Assembly: GCA_051294375.1 (NCBI GenBank)
Contig: CM119266.1
Span: 22,419,114 to 22,483,113 of the forward strand
From: Paraspadella gotoi
Lineage: Eukaryota; Animalia; Chaetognatha
DNA: 64,000 bases
Direction: 5' to 3'
The notes below the pieces were generated by a model, which searched no databases, was not told where the DNA came from, and worked only from the letters and a program-made list of their open reading frames with translations. Below are positions 13,740 through 27,404 of the stretch, in pieces (positions within the stretch are counted from its first letter, which is position 1; each line of letters opens with the position of its first letter). Both the position numbers and the translations under genes were made by a program.

Positions 13740-14640
13740 TGAAGAGACAGTGATAATTGTTATGTTTAGTGACAGAACCGTTCAATATAAGCAGTAGGCT
13801 CTCCCGGAACAGGTGAAAACATAGTAAGTTCTCTCAATAAATTAATGATAAAAGTGACTGTTAGAGAATATGAAAATAAAAGATAGATTTTAAAAAATTA
13901 ATCTTATTAATAAGCGACGGAAGGCATTTTAAAGATTATTTATTACTATATAAAGTTAAAAATTTTTTTTGGAAAATTTTTTCATAATTTTTTTTAATGG
14001 ATTCTGATAGAGCTTAAAAAGTTAGATAAAGGTTCATTAATACAAATTTTTAAAATTTTTTTTGTTTTATTGGTAAAATTTTTAAAAAGACTATAAAAAT
14101 TCAGCCAATGATGATGATGATTGAGATTTTTTTAACGGTTTTTTCTGTTTTTAACCAATTTCTGTCAAAATTTAAAGATTGAGTACTAACTTCATTTAAC
14201 TTTTCAAAGCTCTATTAGGAATCCCGGGTTCCTTAAAAAACTAATTTTTTACCAAAAAAATTTTTTGTCATTTGTTATATTATTAATAAATATTTAAAAA
14301 GCTTCAGTGCAAGCAAACCCAATGAAAACTAATTAAAAAAAGTTGCATTGAAAATCGATTTAGTAATGAGAAAGGAAAAAATGAATTTTTTTGAGAGAAT
14401 AAGGAAGTTTTTAAAAAAGTGTTCAATTTTGGCCCGCCTTAAATAAGCAGGCTGGCGTGAGCTTGGATCCAGAGCATGTAGACACCATGTTACAGGCGGC
14501 GGTAAGCGCCCCCCGTCGCCTATTAACTGCTAAGGCGGCCCACCGGGCTAGAACCCGACCTTTGTTGGGGGGAGGCGAATGATTTGCCTCCGGCACCAGT
14601 GGGCTGCTGATAAGGGTTGGTGGAATTTTGTAGCCACCAT
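13740..14640 (-). mobile_element. Copy of the tRNA-derived repeat (see 30455-30690) split by a ~650 bp insertion
   Basis: 13740-13794 matches 30455-30510, and 14443-14640 matches 30503-30688; ATAAGCAG is duplicated at 13787-13794 and 14443-14450. Confidence 0.75.
13795..14442. mobile_element. AT-rich insertion with 8-bp target-site duplication (hAT-type MITE candidate)
   Basis: Flanked by an ATAAGCAG direct repeat; begins TAGGC and ends GCCTTAA (weak TIR); the empty site is seen in the copy at 30503-30510. Confidence 0.5.
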
Positions 14641-14899
14641 AAATATTATATATATTTTTTATTAAAATATTATCATTTTGCATACGCCCAATGGGATTTA
14701 GGGTTAGGGTTAAGGGTTAAGCGTCGCCCATAGTACATACATGAAAGAATGTTCAAAAAATTTTTTGTTTTTAAATTCTCTTAGTTTTTAAAAGCGGACT
14801 CGAATTCCTCATAAAAAATTGATATAAGAAAATATAAGTCTGAATTGAAAAATATTTAAATTAAGTTAGCCAAAAATTCAAAAAACTATGTGGAAAACA

Positions 14900-15012
14900 G
14901 GGGGTTTACGCCGCTCTACACGGTGTTACAGCTTTGATCCAAAGCTCAGGGACTTCTTATATTTGAAACGGTTCTGTCACTAACTCATAACAATCATTTA
15001 CCGTCGCTTTCA
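14900..15012 (+). mobile_element. Partial opposite-orientation copy of the tRNA-derived repeat
   Basis: GGTGTTACAGCTTTGATCCAAAGCTCAGGGAC...AACGGTTCTGTCA is a near reverse complement of 30455-30560. Confidence 0.75.
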
Positions 15013-16739
15013 AACTTATTTTTATACTAAAATTTTAATTATAGGTTAATTATAATAGTTTTTAAGATTTGACCCCACTTTATGAAAAGATTTTTTTAAA
15101 AGTTATTTTTTTTGCGTGAGGGATTCGAATCTGCTTTAAAAAAAAAATTGGACATTTTCTATGGTGATAAAGTAAGAAAAAATAAAAAATAAAAATTTTT
15201 TGTATTTAATGTCACAATGTTCAAAATGTTCACAATGTGAGCTAACAATCGAATTTTTGATTCAACTTTCTTTAATATTTTTGTGCTAACGCTTTACTAA
15301 TTACCACCTAACCTTCGGTACCCCTATCACCCCTAACCCCGGTCCGGGCGAAAGTAAAATTATTATTAAATAATTAAATATATTTTTTTGACTGGAAAAT
15401 ATATTTTTTAATTATTTATTTATTATACTTTATAAACCTCCAAGATGGGCATAAAAACATTAATTAGTAGTAGTCTATATATATCTTTGAACATAATATC
15501 TTTCATTAGATTGGGGTAAGAAATAGTGCTTAGAAACTAGCGTAAAAAGAATGATCCCTGCAGGCTTTTTGTTATTCGCTGTACTGGTATATGTTGAGAG
15601 ATGACGTTGCTCATCTGTTTATTTTTTCAATCATGATTCGTTTTTTGTAATTTTGTCTACATCAATCTAGATCTGTGTGGCTACTTCTATGTTCTTTAAA
15701 ACCTTTTCTACGTTTTTAAACAGAGAGACCAGACACAGTGAGAATTTCCAGCGTCCCACCAAAACGGCTCTTTTTACCGGGGACATGAAGGCACGTTGAT
15801 CACTCATCAACGTTTTGTCACCAACTTGTAGCGATCATGACGTCTTGTCACGTGGGCAATAGACTTATGTGGAGTCCCACACTTCGACACAGGCACTTTC
15901 GATGGATCTTGTGGACAATGACGGGAGGCGATGACAAGATCCTGACACCCTGCCGACAAAAGGGTCTCGCGTCACTCGCGACGGCGCCACCAAAAGGGGC
16001 GCTGGACTGCGGCCTGCGCCGACCTGCGGCGCGAGGGGGAGTTGGACGCAGTCTCCCCAGTAATGGCGCGACGGGTCATAGGACGGAAGATACGCTCCAC
16101 CTGGCGAGGCAGGCTGACTACTAGTTTCTCGACAGTATAATTCAATTTTTTTTGGGGGGGGACTCTTTGATCTTTGGTACTGGTAAACGTATCCCCTGAA
16201 TATATTCAACAGACTTTATGCCAGGCAACCGTTTGATTAATACCTGTTAACTCAAAAGGAAAAAAGTGTAATAAAAAAAATTTAAAAGGAAACTTCTTTC
16301 TTTAGCAGAGTACTTTCTTATATTTTTTTATCAGGGTACAGATTCACTTTCGCCGACCGGGGTTTTTGGCGTCTTTTCGAAAAAACCATGAAGATGGAAC
16401 ACATTACATGGTGTTACGGCGCATGACTTTCACACGTATATTTTCGGGTGAATAATAATAATTATAACACACTGTTCCGGAATTGGATCTTTATTCTTTT
16501 TAGTGAATTTTTTATGATTTTTATGATTCCCGCAACTCTATAATTGCATTTTAGTCGGTACGGCTCGGTCCGCCTCCCTCAGATATTGGGGTCGGCACTC
16601 ACATATTCATGGTCAGAACATCGAATTATGATAAAATTATTTTTAAAAAAACCGATGTCCGTTGCCGTACCCTCTCCGTCCCACCCTTAGCAAAAAACAT
16701 CAATTACTCGTGATTGGGATGATGAATTGGAATTAAATT

Positions 16740-17630
16740 TTTGTGTGTGGGTGATTGAGCTGTATATAGAGATGAAGTTTAGTGGATTATTCCTGCCAGT
16801 GGGAAAAGAGTTTAAAATGGAAAAAACAAAACTTATGTTTATAATATTTTCACTTATTTGAACGCCAATCACTATCATGAGTGGATGAAACAATTGGACT
16901 TGAATTTTTTTTATGTGGGTAAGAAAGTGTGTTGATTAAGCCTGGGAAATCATTTCGAGGAATCGTCTTGAGTGGAAATAGTTTAAATGGAAATAGGCAC
17001 TAATTGATATATGCTGCTTTTTCTTTTTTATATTAATGTAAATGAAAGATGTAATAATTAATAAGTTATTTGAATCAATTAAATATAATTAAAATAATTA
17101 TCAGAATTAAATCAATCAAATAATTATTAATCAAATCAATTATTTTCTATTAATTTAATTATTACAATCAAATCAATTTATTTATTAATTAAATTAATTA
17201 TTTAATCATCAATCAAGTCAATCGTTATATGCGTGTGGGTAGGGAAGTATGTGATTCGAAGGCTGTATATGAAGTTTCCGATGGAATCGTAAAGAGTGGA
17301 AATGGTTTAAGGAAAAAATAAAAAATAATTTCACCTATTTTGAACACCAATTACTCATGAGAGTGGATGGGGCGATTGACTTGAAATTTGTAATTTGGGT
17401 TAGAAAGTGTGTGTGATTAAACCCTGGAAATCAAGTTCGATGGAATCGTTTGATTGGAAAATAAGTTTTAAATGGAAAAAAAAACAAAAACCTGTTTCAC
17501 ATATAATGAATTATGCTGTCTTTTTCCTTTTATATAAATGTAAATGCAGGAATGTATTAATAAATCAAAATAATTAATTAATCAATTAGTCAATTAATCA
17601 ATAATTAATTAATCATCAATCAATCAAAGT
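16740..17630. repeat. Diverged tandem duplication (~480 bp period) ending in AATC/AATT low-complexity sequence
   Basis: TTTCACTTATTTGAACGCCAAT...GAGTGGATG...AGAAAGTGTG at ~16850 recurs at ~17330; lies next to an N gap. Confidence 0.7.
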
Positions 17631-20060
17631 AAAGTTGTTATCGAACATATTTCTAATCTGAGGGGGAACACACCATACCAANNNNNNNNNNNNNNNNNNN
17701 NNNNNNACGAGAGAGAGAGGAGAGAAGAGAGAGGAGAGAGAGATGAGAGAGAGGAGAAGAGAGAGAGAGGAGAGAGAGAAAGAGAGAGAAGGAGAGAGGA
17801 CAAAAAAAGTGGGGGGAGGAAATTTATGAAGGCCACATTATTTTGGCGAAGAATAAAAAATTGATCGGGGACAAGTTGAGGGATGATGGGAGGTTGGTGG
17901 GTGGGTGGTGGTGGTGGGGTGTTGGTGTTAGGAGTGACTTAGTAACGGAATTCTTATCCTTCGGAAAGATACGATTTTTGGTCTTCGATTTCAATTTTAT
18001 TTCTTGAGCCGGTAAAAAAAATAGTGAGAGGGGGATGGAGTGGGAAGGAAGCTGATTGAGACAGGGGCGGACCGAGTTATTTTGTTTTTCTTTATTGAAA
18101 AGGTGGCCAATGGGAAAAAAGCTTCTGGGGATTGAGTCAAATCGCGGGTCTGTAAAGATTATTATTTTCGAGATATTATTATTCGTTTTTGAAATGTTTA
18201 TTTTTTCTAGGGGGGACGGGCGCGGAGAGGGCGGGGGATTGGAGTTCGAAATTCAGCACCAATAAAACATCGAATCTTAGATTGTCGATCGGAAATTTCA
18301 CAACTTGATCTCACGAAAGAGAAGAACTCGGAATTTCCAAGGCCAATGACGTCGCACAGTCACCTCGATCACAGCTGTCACTTTCTCTCTCTCTCTCTCT
18401 TCGTCTCTCTCTCTCTCTCTCTCTCTCCTCGTCTTCTCTCTCTCTCTCTCTCTTCTCTCGTCTCTCTCTCTCTTTTCGTATACTTTTAACGAAATTACGA
18501 GACTTTTTTTTAATTAACGTCTTTTGACTCTGGTCGACTCTGACGTAGTTGATCGCAAGGGCCGATGGGCCGGGGTGGCAAGGAGGGGGGATTAGGGGCT
18601 GCCTGAAAGGGGCGGGGTGGTATGGGAATATTGCGGGTGCTGGGATGGTGGAGACGGTGAATGAAATGAACTAGAATGAATTGACTGATGATAATGAATG
18701 AATGAAGAATGAATAGTGAATGCTTCAATGTTGGAAAACAATGAAATAATTAATGATTAAATGATTGAATCAATAACTCTATGAATTTACCCATAACTGA
18801 ATCAATAAATATACACGAAAATAAATGAATGTAATAAAATGTGTTCCCATATATTTCTAAAATCCGTCTCAACAAGTTTTCTTTTTCTTTATCATCTTTT
18901 CTTTGACCCACTCTGCGTAGTTCCTTCCTTCCTTCCTTCCTTTTTCGTCCTTTTTATTTTTTCTTTTTTCTCTTCGTCATAATTTCTTTCCTTTTTTTTA
19001 CTCGTTTCTGGTTTTTGCTCTGAAGAAAAAAAGTTTTCGTCTACGGGCGACTCTTCCGACGCCGACCGTCAGAGGCGCTTCGGTCGTGAGAGGCTGTGAG
19101 AGTTTGTCGTTTCTGAAGTCGAAAGAGTTTTTATGGTGTCTTTGACCATCCATGTTCACATAATGCGTTTTCAGTGACTTTAAAACCAACCATAGAGATT
19201 TAGTTAAAGATAACACATAGGATATTTTGATCCATGAGACAGATCATCTTCAGGGAAGTCCCATGTGTGATCTTTACCCAATTCTTAATCTCAGTACATG
19301 TGATGACTTTATCGCCATCCGCGACGTCTGTCCTCGCCGCATTGCGACTCTCCTCGGCGTCATTTTCCCGACACAACGAGGCGCCACTTGTCGCGCGTTG
19401 CGGCGCCTTTTCCGTCGAAAACGAGCGCCACCGGAATTTATGTTTTGACGCCGCTTGTGACGTCGCGTTGGCGTCGACGTCGAGGACGGAAGAGGGCCTT
19501 CCGACTTTTGCCAATTCTTTTTTTTCGCTTCAAATTTTCAACAGAAAAAATATTTTTGGCAAGCATTGACAGATTGCTTTGTTTCGGGAAAACAATATGG
19601 AATTGTTTTCATCCAGTATACCCCTCTTTAGTGGTAACATTTTAACTTTTTCAAAAAATAGATATTATGTTTAAATATTTAAGTAAGACCTTCGCTGAAT
19701 TTGTACACTCTTGCAAATATTTGTTTATAACCCACTATGGCAACAGCTTGTGATTCCCATTGGGATGGGGAATCTCACTGTTGGCTTTGGGGGCTGTGTG
19801 AATATACAGCCACACCACGCTATATATTTAACATATTTATTATTATACAATATACATTTTGTACTGGCCCCCAAAAATGAGGGTAAAAGTGAAAGGGATT
19901 CCGTGGCGGAGGTGGAAAAGCGAGAAAGTTGACAGCCTTTTGTTAGAAAGCTTTTTGCATGAGACAGAAGAATGAAAAAAAAAGAAAAGAAAAAAAACCG
20001 AGAGAGAAAATGGCGTCTTCGAGAAAAGACAGTTTTTGAAGATTAAACTGAGAGAAAAAG

Positions 20061-20097
<37 letters not shown>

Positions 20098-20246
20098 NNN
20101 NNNNNNNNNNNNNNNNNNNNNNNNNNNNNNNNNNNNNNNNNNNNNNNNNNNNNNNNNNNNNNNNNNNNNNNNNNNNNNNNNNNNNNNNNNNNNNNNNNNN
20201 NNNNNNNNNNNNNNNNNNNNNNNNNNNNNNNNNNNNNNNNNNNNNN

Positions 20247-20285
<39 letters not shown>

Positions 20286-21432
20286 ACTCGTCCGAAAGAG
20301 TGGGGTTTCGGATCCAAAGCTGAGAAAAGTACAACTAGACTTAATAATGGAATTTGCTTTTAAAAAGGACGGAATGCAAAAAGGCTTTTCTCCCCGAGGG
20401 ACAGAGCTGTCCCTCAGTGCCCCAATGGAAAAAATGGTCGAGGAAGTGAAAAGAGGGTTTTATGCTTCAAAAGTCCAAATAAGATACACATCTTCGACAT
20501 AAGTATAATTTAACTTGAAAATCTAAAATTCTTTTCATGCGAACCTTGTTGACTTACACTCCGACTGCACCCTATGATCAACTAAGCCATCGAGACCGAC
20601 GTCTCTACATCCCCAGCACCCCAGCAGCCAGTTTCTCCATCTTCCCTCCGTCTCGCGCGATGGCGTCACAACACGGGCGTGGCGTCACTTTGCGCCGTTC
20701 TGACGTCGGCTGTCAAAGCCTCGTCAGGCGGCGTCAGGCGGCGTCAGGCGGCGCTCTTCTTGTTGCGTCGCCGTCTCTGCCGTTTCGCTGTCGCCGTTGC
20801 TGCATGCGGTCGTTGCAACCGCAGGTTTTCAGCGCGGATGTGCAGCAGCGGTTTCTTGTTTTGTGAAACGGAATAAAAAAGTCGAAAATATTGAAAACTT
20901 TAGTTTAAATTCAAAAAAACATTTAAATCACGGACAAAGAAAAAAANNNNNNNNNNNNNNNNNNNNNNNNNNNNNNNNNNNNNNNNNNNNNNNNNNNNNN
21001 NNNNNNNNNNNNNNNNNNNNNNNNNNNNNNNNNNNNNNNNNNNNNNNNNNNNNNNNNNNNNNNNNNNNNNNNNNNNNNNNNNNNNNNNNNNNNNNNNNNN
21101 NNNNNNNNNNNNNNNNNNNNNNNNNNNNNNNNNNNNNNNNNNNNNNNNNNNNNNNNNNNNNNNNNNNNNNNNNNNNNNNNNNNNNNNNNNNNNNNNNNNN
21201 NNNNNNNNNNNNNNNNNNNNNNNNNNNNNNNNNNNNNNNNNNNNNNNNNNNNNNNNNNNNNNNNNNNNNNNNNNNNNNNNNNNNNNNNNNNNNNNNNNNN
21301 NNNNNNNNNNNNNNNNNNNNNNNNNNNNNNNNTGGAAAGGAATTTTGTGGAAATGGGAAAAAGTAATAGAATTAGAATAGATGAGTGAAAGTGCGAGGTG
21401 CAAAAAAGACAGAGAGAGGAGAAGAGAGGAGA

Positions 21433-21469
<37 letters not shown>

Positions 21470-21578
21470 AGAGATGACCTTTCAAAAAACCGTTCGCAAA
21501 TGTCGACTTCCAACTTTTAGTTTTCCTATTTTTTTCCTGCATATTCGTTTTACGGTTGTTGGCTCGTTCCATCGTTCG

Positions 21579-21710
21579 TTCATTCATTCATTCATTCATT
21601 CATTCATTCATTCATTCATTCATTCATTCATTCATTCATTCATTTATTCTTTCAATCATTATTTCATTCATTCATTCATTTATTCTTTCAATCATTATTT
21701 CATTCATTCA
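21579..21710. repeat. (TTCA)n microsatellite
   Basis: Direct inspection. Confidence 0.95.
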
Positions 21711-22911
21711 TTATTTCGTCTCTTCGTTTCTTCGCTCGGCCTTTCCTTACGTTTTCAATTCCCTCATTCATTCATTGATTCATCCTAGAATCTCCATTTA
21801 TTTCCATATTTCATTTTTACCTCCGTTTCTTCTGCTTTTTAATTTCTTTTTTATTTCATCTTTCCTTCCTTCGCTCCTCCTCCTTTTCCTTTTTTTATTG
21901 CTCCTCCTTTTTTCTTTCGTTTCTTTTTCTTTTCCTTTTTCATTTCGATTTTATTATTTCCTCGCTTTCCAAGTTCGCATTCTTTTCCCCGCCACTCAAG
22001 GTCTTATTTTTAGAAATGGGTTTAGTTGGCAGAAAGAGAAATAGAGAGAGAGGAGAGGAGAGAGATGATGATCGAGATGCAAGAGCGAAGCATTGAGAGA
22101 GATGATGGAGAGGAAGTGGCGAGAAAGTGATGGAGAAGAAAGGCCGTGAGATGAGGACTTCGAGAGGACGAGCACGAGAGAGATCGAGACCGAGAGGACG
22201 AGGCAGGAGCCTTCCGTGGATTTCAAAGAAGGATAAAAAAATAGTTTTTTTTTAAAGGTGGAGAAAAAATGCGAATTTATTCACTCTCTCTTATTCTCTC
22301 TCCCTGGTTCTTATCCTTCTTCTTTTTACTTTTCTTTTTCTTATCCATGTTTTTTCTCTCTCTCTTTCTCTCCCGCTCTCTTTCTCCAACTTTCCAGTTT
22401 CCAGTGTCTTTAAGCTCATTTGCATTTTTAAATTAATTGAAATCGAGTGCGAGCGACTGCTACCTGAGGAAGCATCGGGACGTCTTTTTGGATGAGCGCC
22501 TTTCGACCGAAACGCGGGAAGAACCGAATCGAGGAAAAACCAAAAAGAGAAAAACCCGGATGAGAATAAGCAAAAGAATTAAATGAATTTAAAAGTAATT
22601 TAATTTAAATCATCATAAATATGCTTAAGAAAGAGAGTAAACAAATAAATGTTAAAATGTCACCAAAAAAATAAAACTAAAAATCATAAAACGAACTGAA
22701 AAAGCAAATCTGGAAAAAAGTCAAATCTGCAGACGTAGCGAAAGATTATTGCAGATCAAAATGGAATCCTGCAATTGAAGCAAAGAAGTGAAAACATGCG
22801 CGAAATTTGAAATGGAAGCTATAAAGAAAGAGCCAATTATGTTTTGAGTGAACTCAGAAACGAGTTAAAAATATTAAGAACTTCACAAAGGCGCTGGAAG
22901 AGAGAATGGAT

Positions 22912-22952
<41 letters not shown>

Positions 22953-23149
22953 TCATCATTGCCAATCGAATGAGTTATATCTCGATCATATTTGGCGCGA
23001 AAGAAATCCGTAACCTTATCTTTTGGGGCCGAAGTCGGCTTTTGAATAAATCAGCGAGATTCGTTCTCTACTCCATCTTCATCTGCATAACATCGGCCGA
23101 GTATGAAATTTTCTCTCTCACCCCTAGAGTCTCGATCTGGCCGGCACCT

Positions 23150-23420
23150 ATTCGTCGGCGTCGTCGTCTTTTTCGTAGTCTTCGTTTTCGTCGTTATCCG
23201 TTTCGTCGTCATCACTTTAGTCGCGGTCGTTTTCATCGTTGTCATTCTTGTCCTTATCAGTTTCGTCTTCGTCGTTATCAGTTTCGTCGTTGTCATTTTT
23301 GTCGTCGTCCTTTTCATCATCGTCGTTTTCGTCGTTATCAATTTGGTCGTTGTCTTTACGTCGATATCGTCGTCGTCATCTCCATCGTTTTTGTCATCGT
23401 CGTCATCGTCATAGTCGGTG
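23150..23420. repeat. Degenerate (TCG/TCA/TTT)n low-complexity tract
   Basis: Recurrent TTTCGTCGTTATCA/TCGTCGTC units; opens low-complexity ORFs in several frames. Confidence 0.75.
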
Positions 23421-25759
23421 TCAATCGTTGCAACTTTCAAGAAATTGGATGTTGTTTAAAACAGCCACCAGCCCACCAAGGCGTCAAAATCAACGAAATC
23501 GTAAACAGCAACAACAATGTCAACAGCGACAACAGCTCGAACAAAACGACAACAGCGTCAACAAAAACAAAGTCAAACAAAGACGAAAACCTTCTCTCCC
23601 ATTTTCTTTTTTTTTTCGATCGCCCACCTGCGCCTCTGGTGTCACGGGTCACGGTCGGCGCTCCTCGCCCTTCACGCCGTTTCGATCTCGCCCGACGGCG
23701 CCGTCCCTTGCCGCTCCGGCACCGCAAGCCGCGCCGCACCCGCGCCGCAGCCCCCCCTCTCTATCAACCCCCCCTTCTCCTCCAATCCCCCTATCGCTCG
23801 AGCGCCCGGGCGCCCCGGGACGTGACCGGCGCGCGGTTGAAATTTGACCCTGGAAAGTCGATGCTGAATCGCGAATGATGAAAGTTGTGAGAGAGGGGGT
23901 AGATGAGGGGAGGGTGTGATAGAGGATGTGATAGAAAGACGGAGTGATAGCGATATACAGGAAGAAGAAAGGTGATTCCAGCGTTAGTTAGTGAGCAATA
24001 ATCATGCGTTAGTTTCATGTGTGAAATTACATTTTCTCCTTGGAGGGCACTCGTAACGTTTTTTTTTTATTCAACGGAAGGAATAAAAAACGTGTGCCAT
24101 TCCAATAAAAGTACGAGCAAGGTCGAATTCTAGTCAACAATGAGCGAAAAGAATGTCATGAATTTTATTCTTGTTCATTCGAGGCCTGTCGTTTCTAACG
24201 CCCCCCCTTTCATCACAGACCACAGCTCTCGCTACCACCCCAGCCTCGTCCAACCCCTCTTCAATCCCAACACTCTTCTCTCCCAAGGCCTTGCGCATTG
24301 AAGCCTCTCGATGGGCGTGGCATTCCCCGATACTAGAAGAGCCGAGGGAGGGGAAACGAGAATTGTGTAAAAGGGTAAGTGTATTGTGTTTCAAGGCGGG
24401 TAAGCTTACGACGCGGATTGGGGATCGTGAAGTCCGTCTGACGGCAGATGAGTTTCTTTTGGTAAATTTGACTTGTATTTTGTAACGTAAGATCGAGGAT
24501 TGAGACATTTGAGTGTAAAAAGAAAAAGAAAACTCGGATAATCTTTGGTGGGGAGTGTCGAATCTCCAAATCACAAAAACGAAATCGGTGCGCCCTTTGA
24601 AAGAGAAAGCAACAGTGCACTGTTGCAGTGAGAGTTCAAGATCGTTGAGTGGGCGTACAACGTCGATGACCTAAAAATAGATAAATCCCTAGTTTCCCCA
24701 CCGAAGAAAAAAAAAATATGAGAATTTTGGAGAACTAGTATTGAGATTACCGCTGATTTTCGGAGCTGAAAGGCCAAACGTTTGAGGAGTAGCTCAAGCT
24801 TGAAGCGCATAGAGGGAATGGAACAAATAAAAACCTAACGGCTAAAGCTTAGAAATTTGAAATCTTTATATTTATATATAATCCCCAAAAAATCAATAAA
24901 CTTTAAGGTTCAAAGGAAATCATTATTAATATTATCATTATGTAATAGTTGAGCCATATCTGATCTAGATATATGTTTTGTACGTTTTTCCTATCATTCA
25001 AATCGTTTTATCTTTTTATCGTCTTAACTGTCAAATTTTTTATTTCAGAAAAAAAAAAATTCCTATCATTAAAGGACTGAATGGCAAAAAAACAAGGAAA
25101 GCGTGAAGACCATGTAAGAGTTTTCAGTCTTTGAGGTTATAGTATCACGTAGCGTATAACTCGTAAAAGCTTTCAAATTCTTGGGCTAACATGGAAGATC
25201 TCGCAGGGTCTAAATGGTGTAGCTTATATAGCTTATATAGCTTGTAGGAGCTTCTCGGTTCTGAAAAGCGAATGCGAGAAAACAGGATTCCAATTTCTCG
25301 CCATTATAAAATCCCCGGAACATTGGAGGGTGAGGAGAGTTGAAGAGGTAAGGTTTGGGTAAGAAGAATCGAGAATTTGCTGAGGGGGGGACCAACCGCG
25401 GGAGGGGCGGGGGGGGCGAAAGGGGGAGTATCTCTGCATGTTAAGCGAGGTGCCGCGACCTGCGGACGAAGACGACGACGAAGCAAAGAAAGTCGACGAC
25501 GCCGACGACGACGACGACAGCGACGGAGAAGAAGAAAAAAATATTCCTTGGAAATCCCACCAGCTGAAGCGTAAAGATTTAAACATTATTTTGAATTTTA
25601 ACGACCGTCGCTTTTGTGACATGGAGAGAAAAAAAGTAGTTCGACTCGGGACAGAGTAGAAAAAAAAGTTTTCCAGTGGAAACGGGAGAGAGAGGAATAG
25701 ATGAGACTGGAGAGAGCGAGGGAGATAGAGAGAGAGAGAGACGGAGAAAGAAGAGAAGA

Positions 25760-25795
<36 letters not shown>

Positions 25796-26689
25796 ATTTT
25801 AGGGAGGAGGGAGCAAAGCGAGGGGGAACGATTCAAGAATAGAGAGAGACGAGTTCACCCTACGTTGAGAAAGAAGACCTACGAGAAAATATCGGCGGAG
25901 AGATGAGAAGAGATGAGAGAGAGAGAGGAGAAAGAGAGAGAGAGAGAGAGAGAGAGGAGAAAAGAGAGAGAGAGAGAGAGAGCGAGAAGAAGAGAAATGA
26001 GAGAGAGAAAAATAGGTAGTTAAAAATTCAAAACGAGAAGTTTTATAGGTTTTCTTCTTCCGTCGTCGGTCGGAAGACAATGTCCCCGCTCTCGATACCA
26101 ATGGAGTTATAGGGTTGTGATCGTGGGATAGTGGTGGGGTTGTAAGGTGGTGGTGATGGTGGTAAAGAATGATAGATGGTAGGGAGAAATAAAGGGCGGT
26201 GGAGGGAGAGAGAGAGAGAGGGAGAGAGAGAGACCTGACTCACTACTCAGAGTTAAAAAGACAAATTCTAAGCCAAAAAACAACTCAACGTGTTTTTCAA
26301 TTTTTCGAGCGCCAAGATTATCGTCTCGTTTATAACGCAAGTAAACAATTTGTCAGAGATACAAATTTCCTTTAGAGCATTTCTTTTTTGATTTTTTTTT
26401 CGTCTTATACCTTTATTATTTATTTTTTTATTATTTAATATTCAAGTATTCGAAACATAGTAATATATTAAATTAAAAAGTTGTTAACTGAATTTTACTG
26501 TTCAAGTACGCTGCAAGAATATCATTGTTTAAATTACGTTTGCCCTATAATAAACATTTTACAACACTTTACCATGTTCAATATTCGGTCGTGGAAATAA
26601 AACTAGAACCACTTTTCCCAACCGGCGAACTGACCCCGCCTTACTTCGACCCTATTTCGCAGGGCGAATCTTTATTCTCAACGAGTGAC

Positions 26690-26880
26690 GAGGAAAGGAG
26701 GGCGTGTCCGTTCGGGGCCGAGAAACGAGGGCGTACACCGGAAGTGGGGCTGCGCGAAAGGGGCGTGACGTTACCGGCAGCACGAGACCACGCAAAGGGG
26801 ACGTCCAAAAGTGGGCGGGGTGGAAACGGGTTCCTGAGACGGAGAGACGTCGTTGGGAGTCGCTGGCGTCGGGGTAAGGT
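26690..26880 (+). promoter_or_regulatory. CpG/GC-rich promoter-like island (ETS + Sp/KLF boxes)
   Basis: CCGGAAGTG at 26738-26746, GGGCGTG at ~26700 and 26761, GGGCGGGG at 26813-26820; possible first-exon donors GTAAGG (26874) and GTAAAT (27119). Confidence 0.5.
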
Positions 26881-27316
26881 GATGACGGGGGGGGGGTTAA
26901 CGTAAGGAGAAAGCGGCGACGTTCATCGTCGTGAGATTCGAATGCGAAACAACGTTAAAACCGCGCACTTGACCGTACGAGCGGTCGGCAGGACATCACG
27001 TTCGCGTGAATAGCGAGAACATACGTACACGGAGCGAGAAAAGGATCGACTGAAAGAGGAAGAAGCGAAGGAAGAGGAAGATGAGGAAGAAAAGGAGGAA
27101 GAGAACCAAAACGCCCCGGTAAATTATAAGGGTTGATGATTAGGTAAGACTTAGGGATTAGGGTTGGGGATTAGAGTTAGGGATAAGTTTATGAGTTTAA
27201 AAATATATTTAGGTTAAAATTAAATTCTTGGAAAAGCGACCAAAAAAGGGGGAACTCTGGGAAAATAGAGCCGAAAGTTTTGTTTGGAATTTAATCGAAA
27301 GAGTCGAGACAAAAAA

Positions 27317-27404
<88 letters not shown>

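Noticed and set aside
22844-23878. 344 aa ORF and overlapping Arg/Val/Thr-rich ORFs
   Set aside because: Open in several frames on both strands because of (TCG)n/(CT)n composition; no domain signal.
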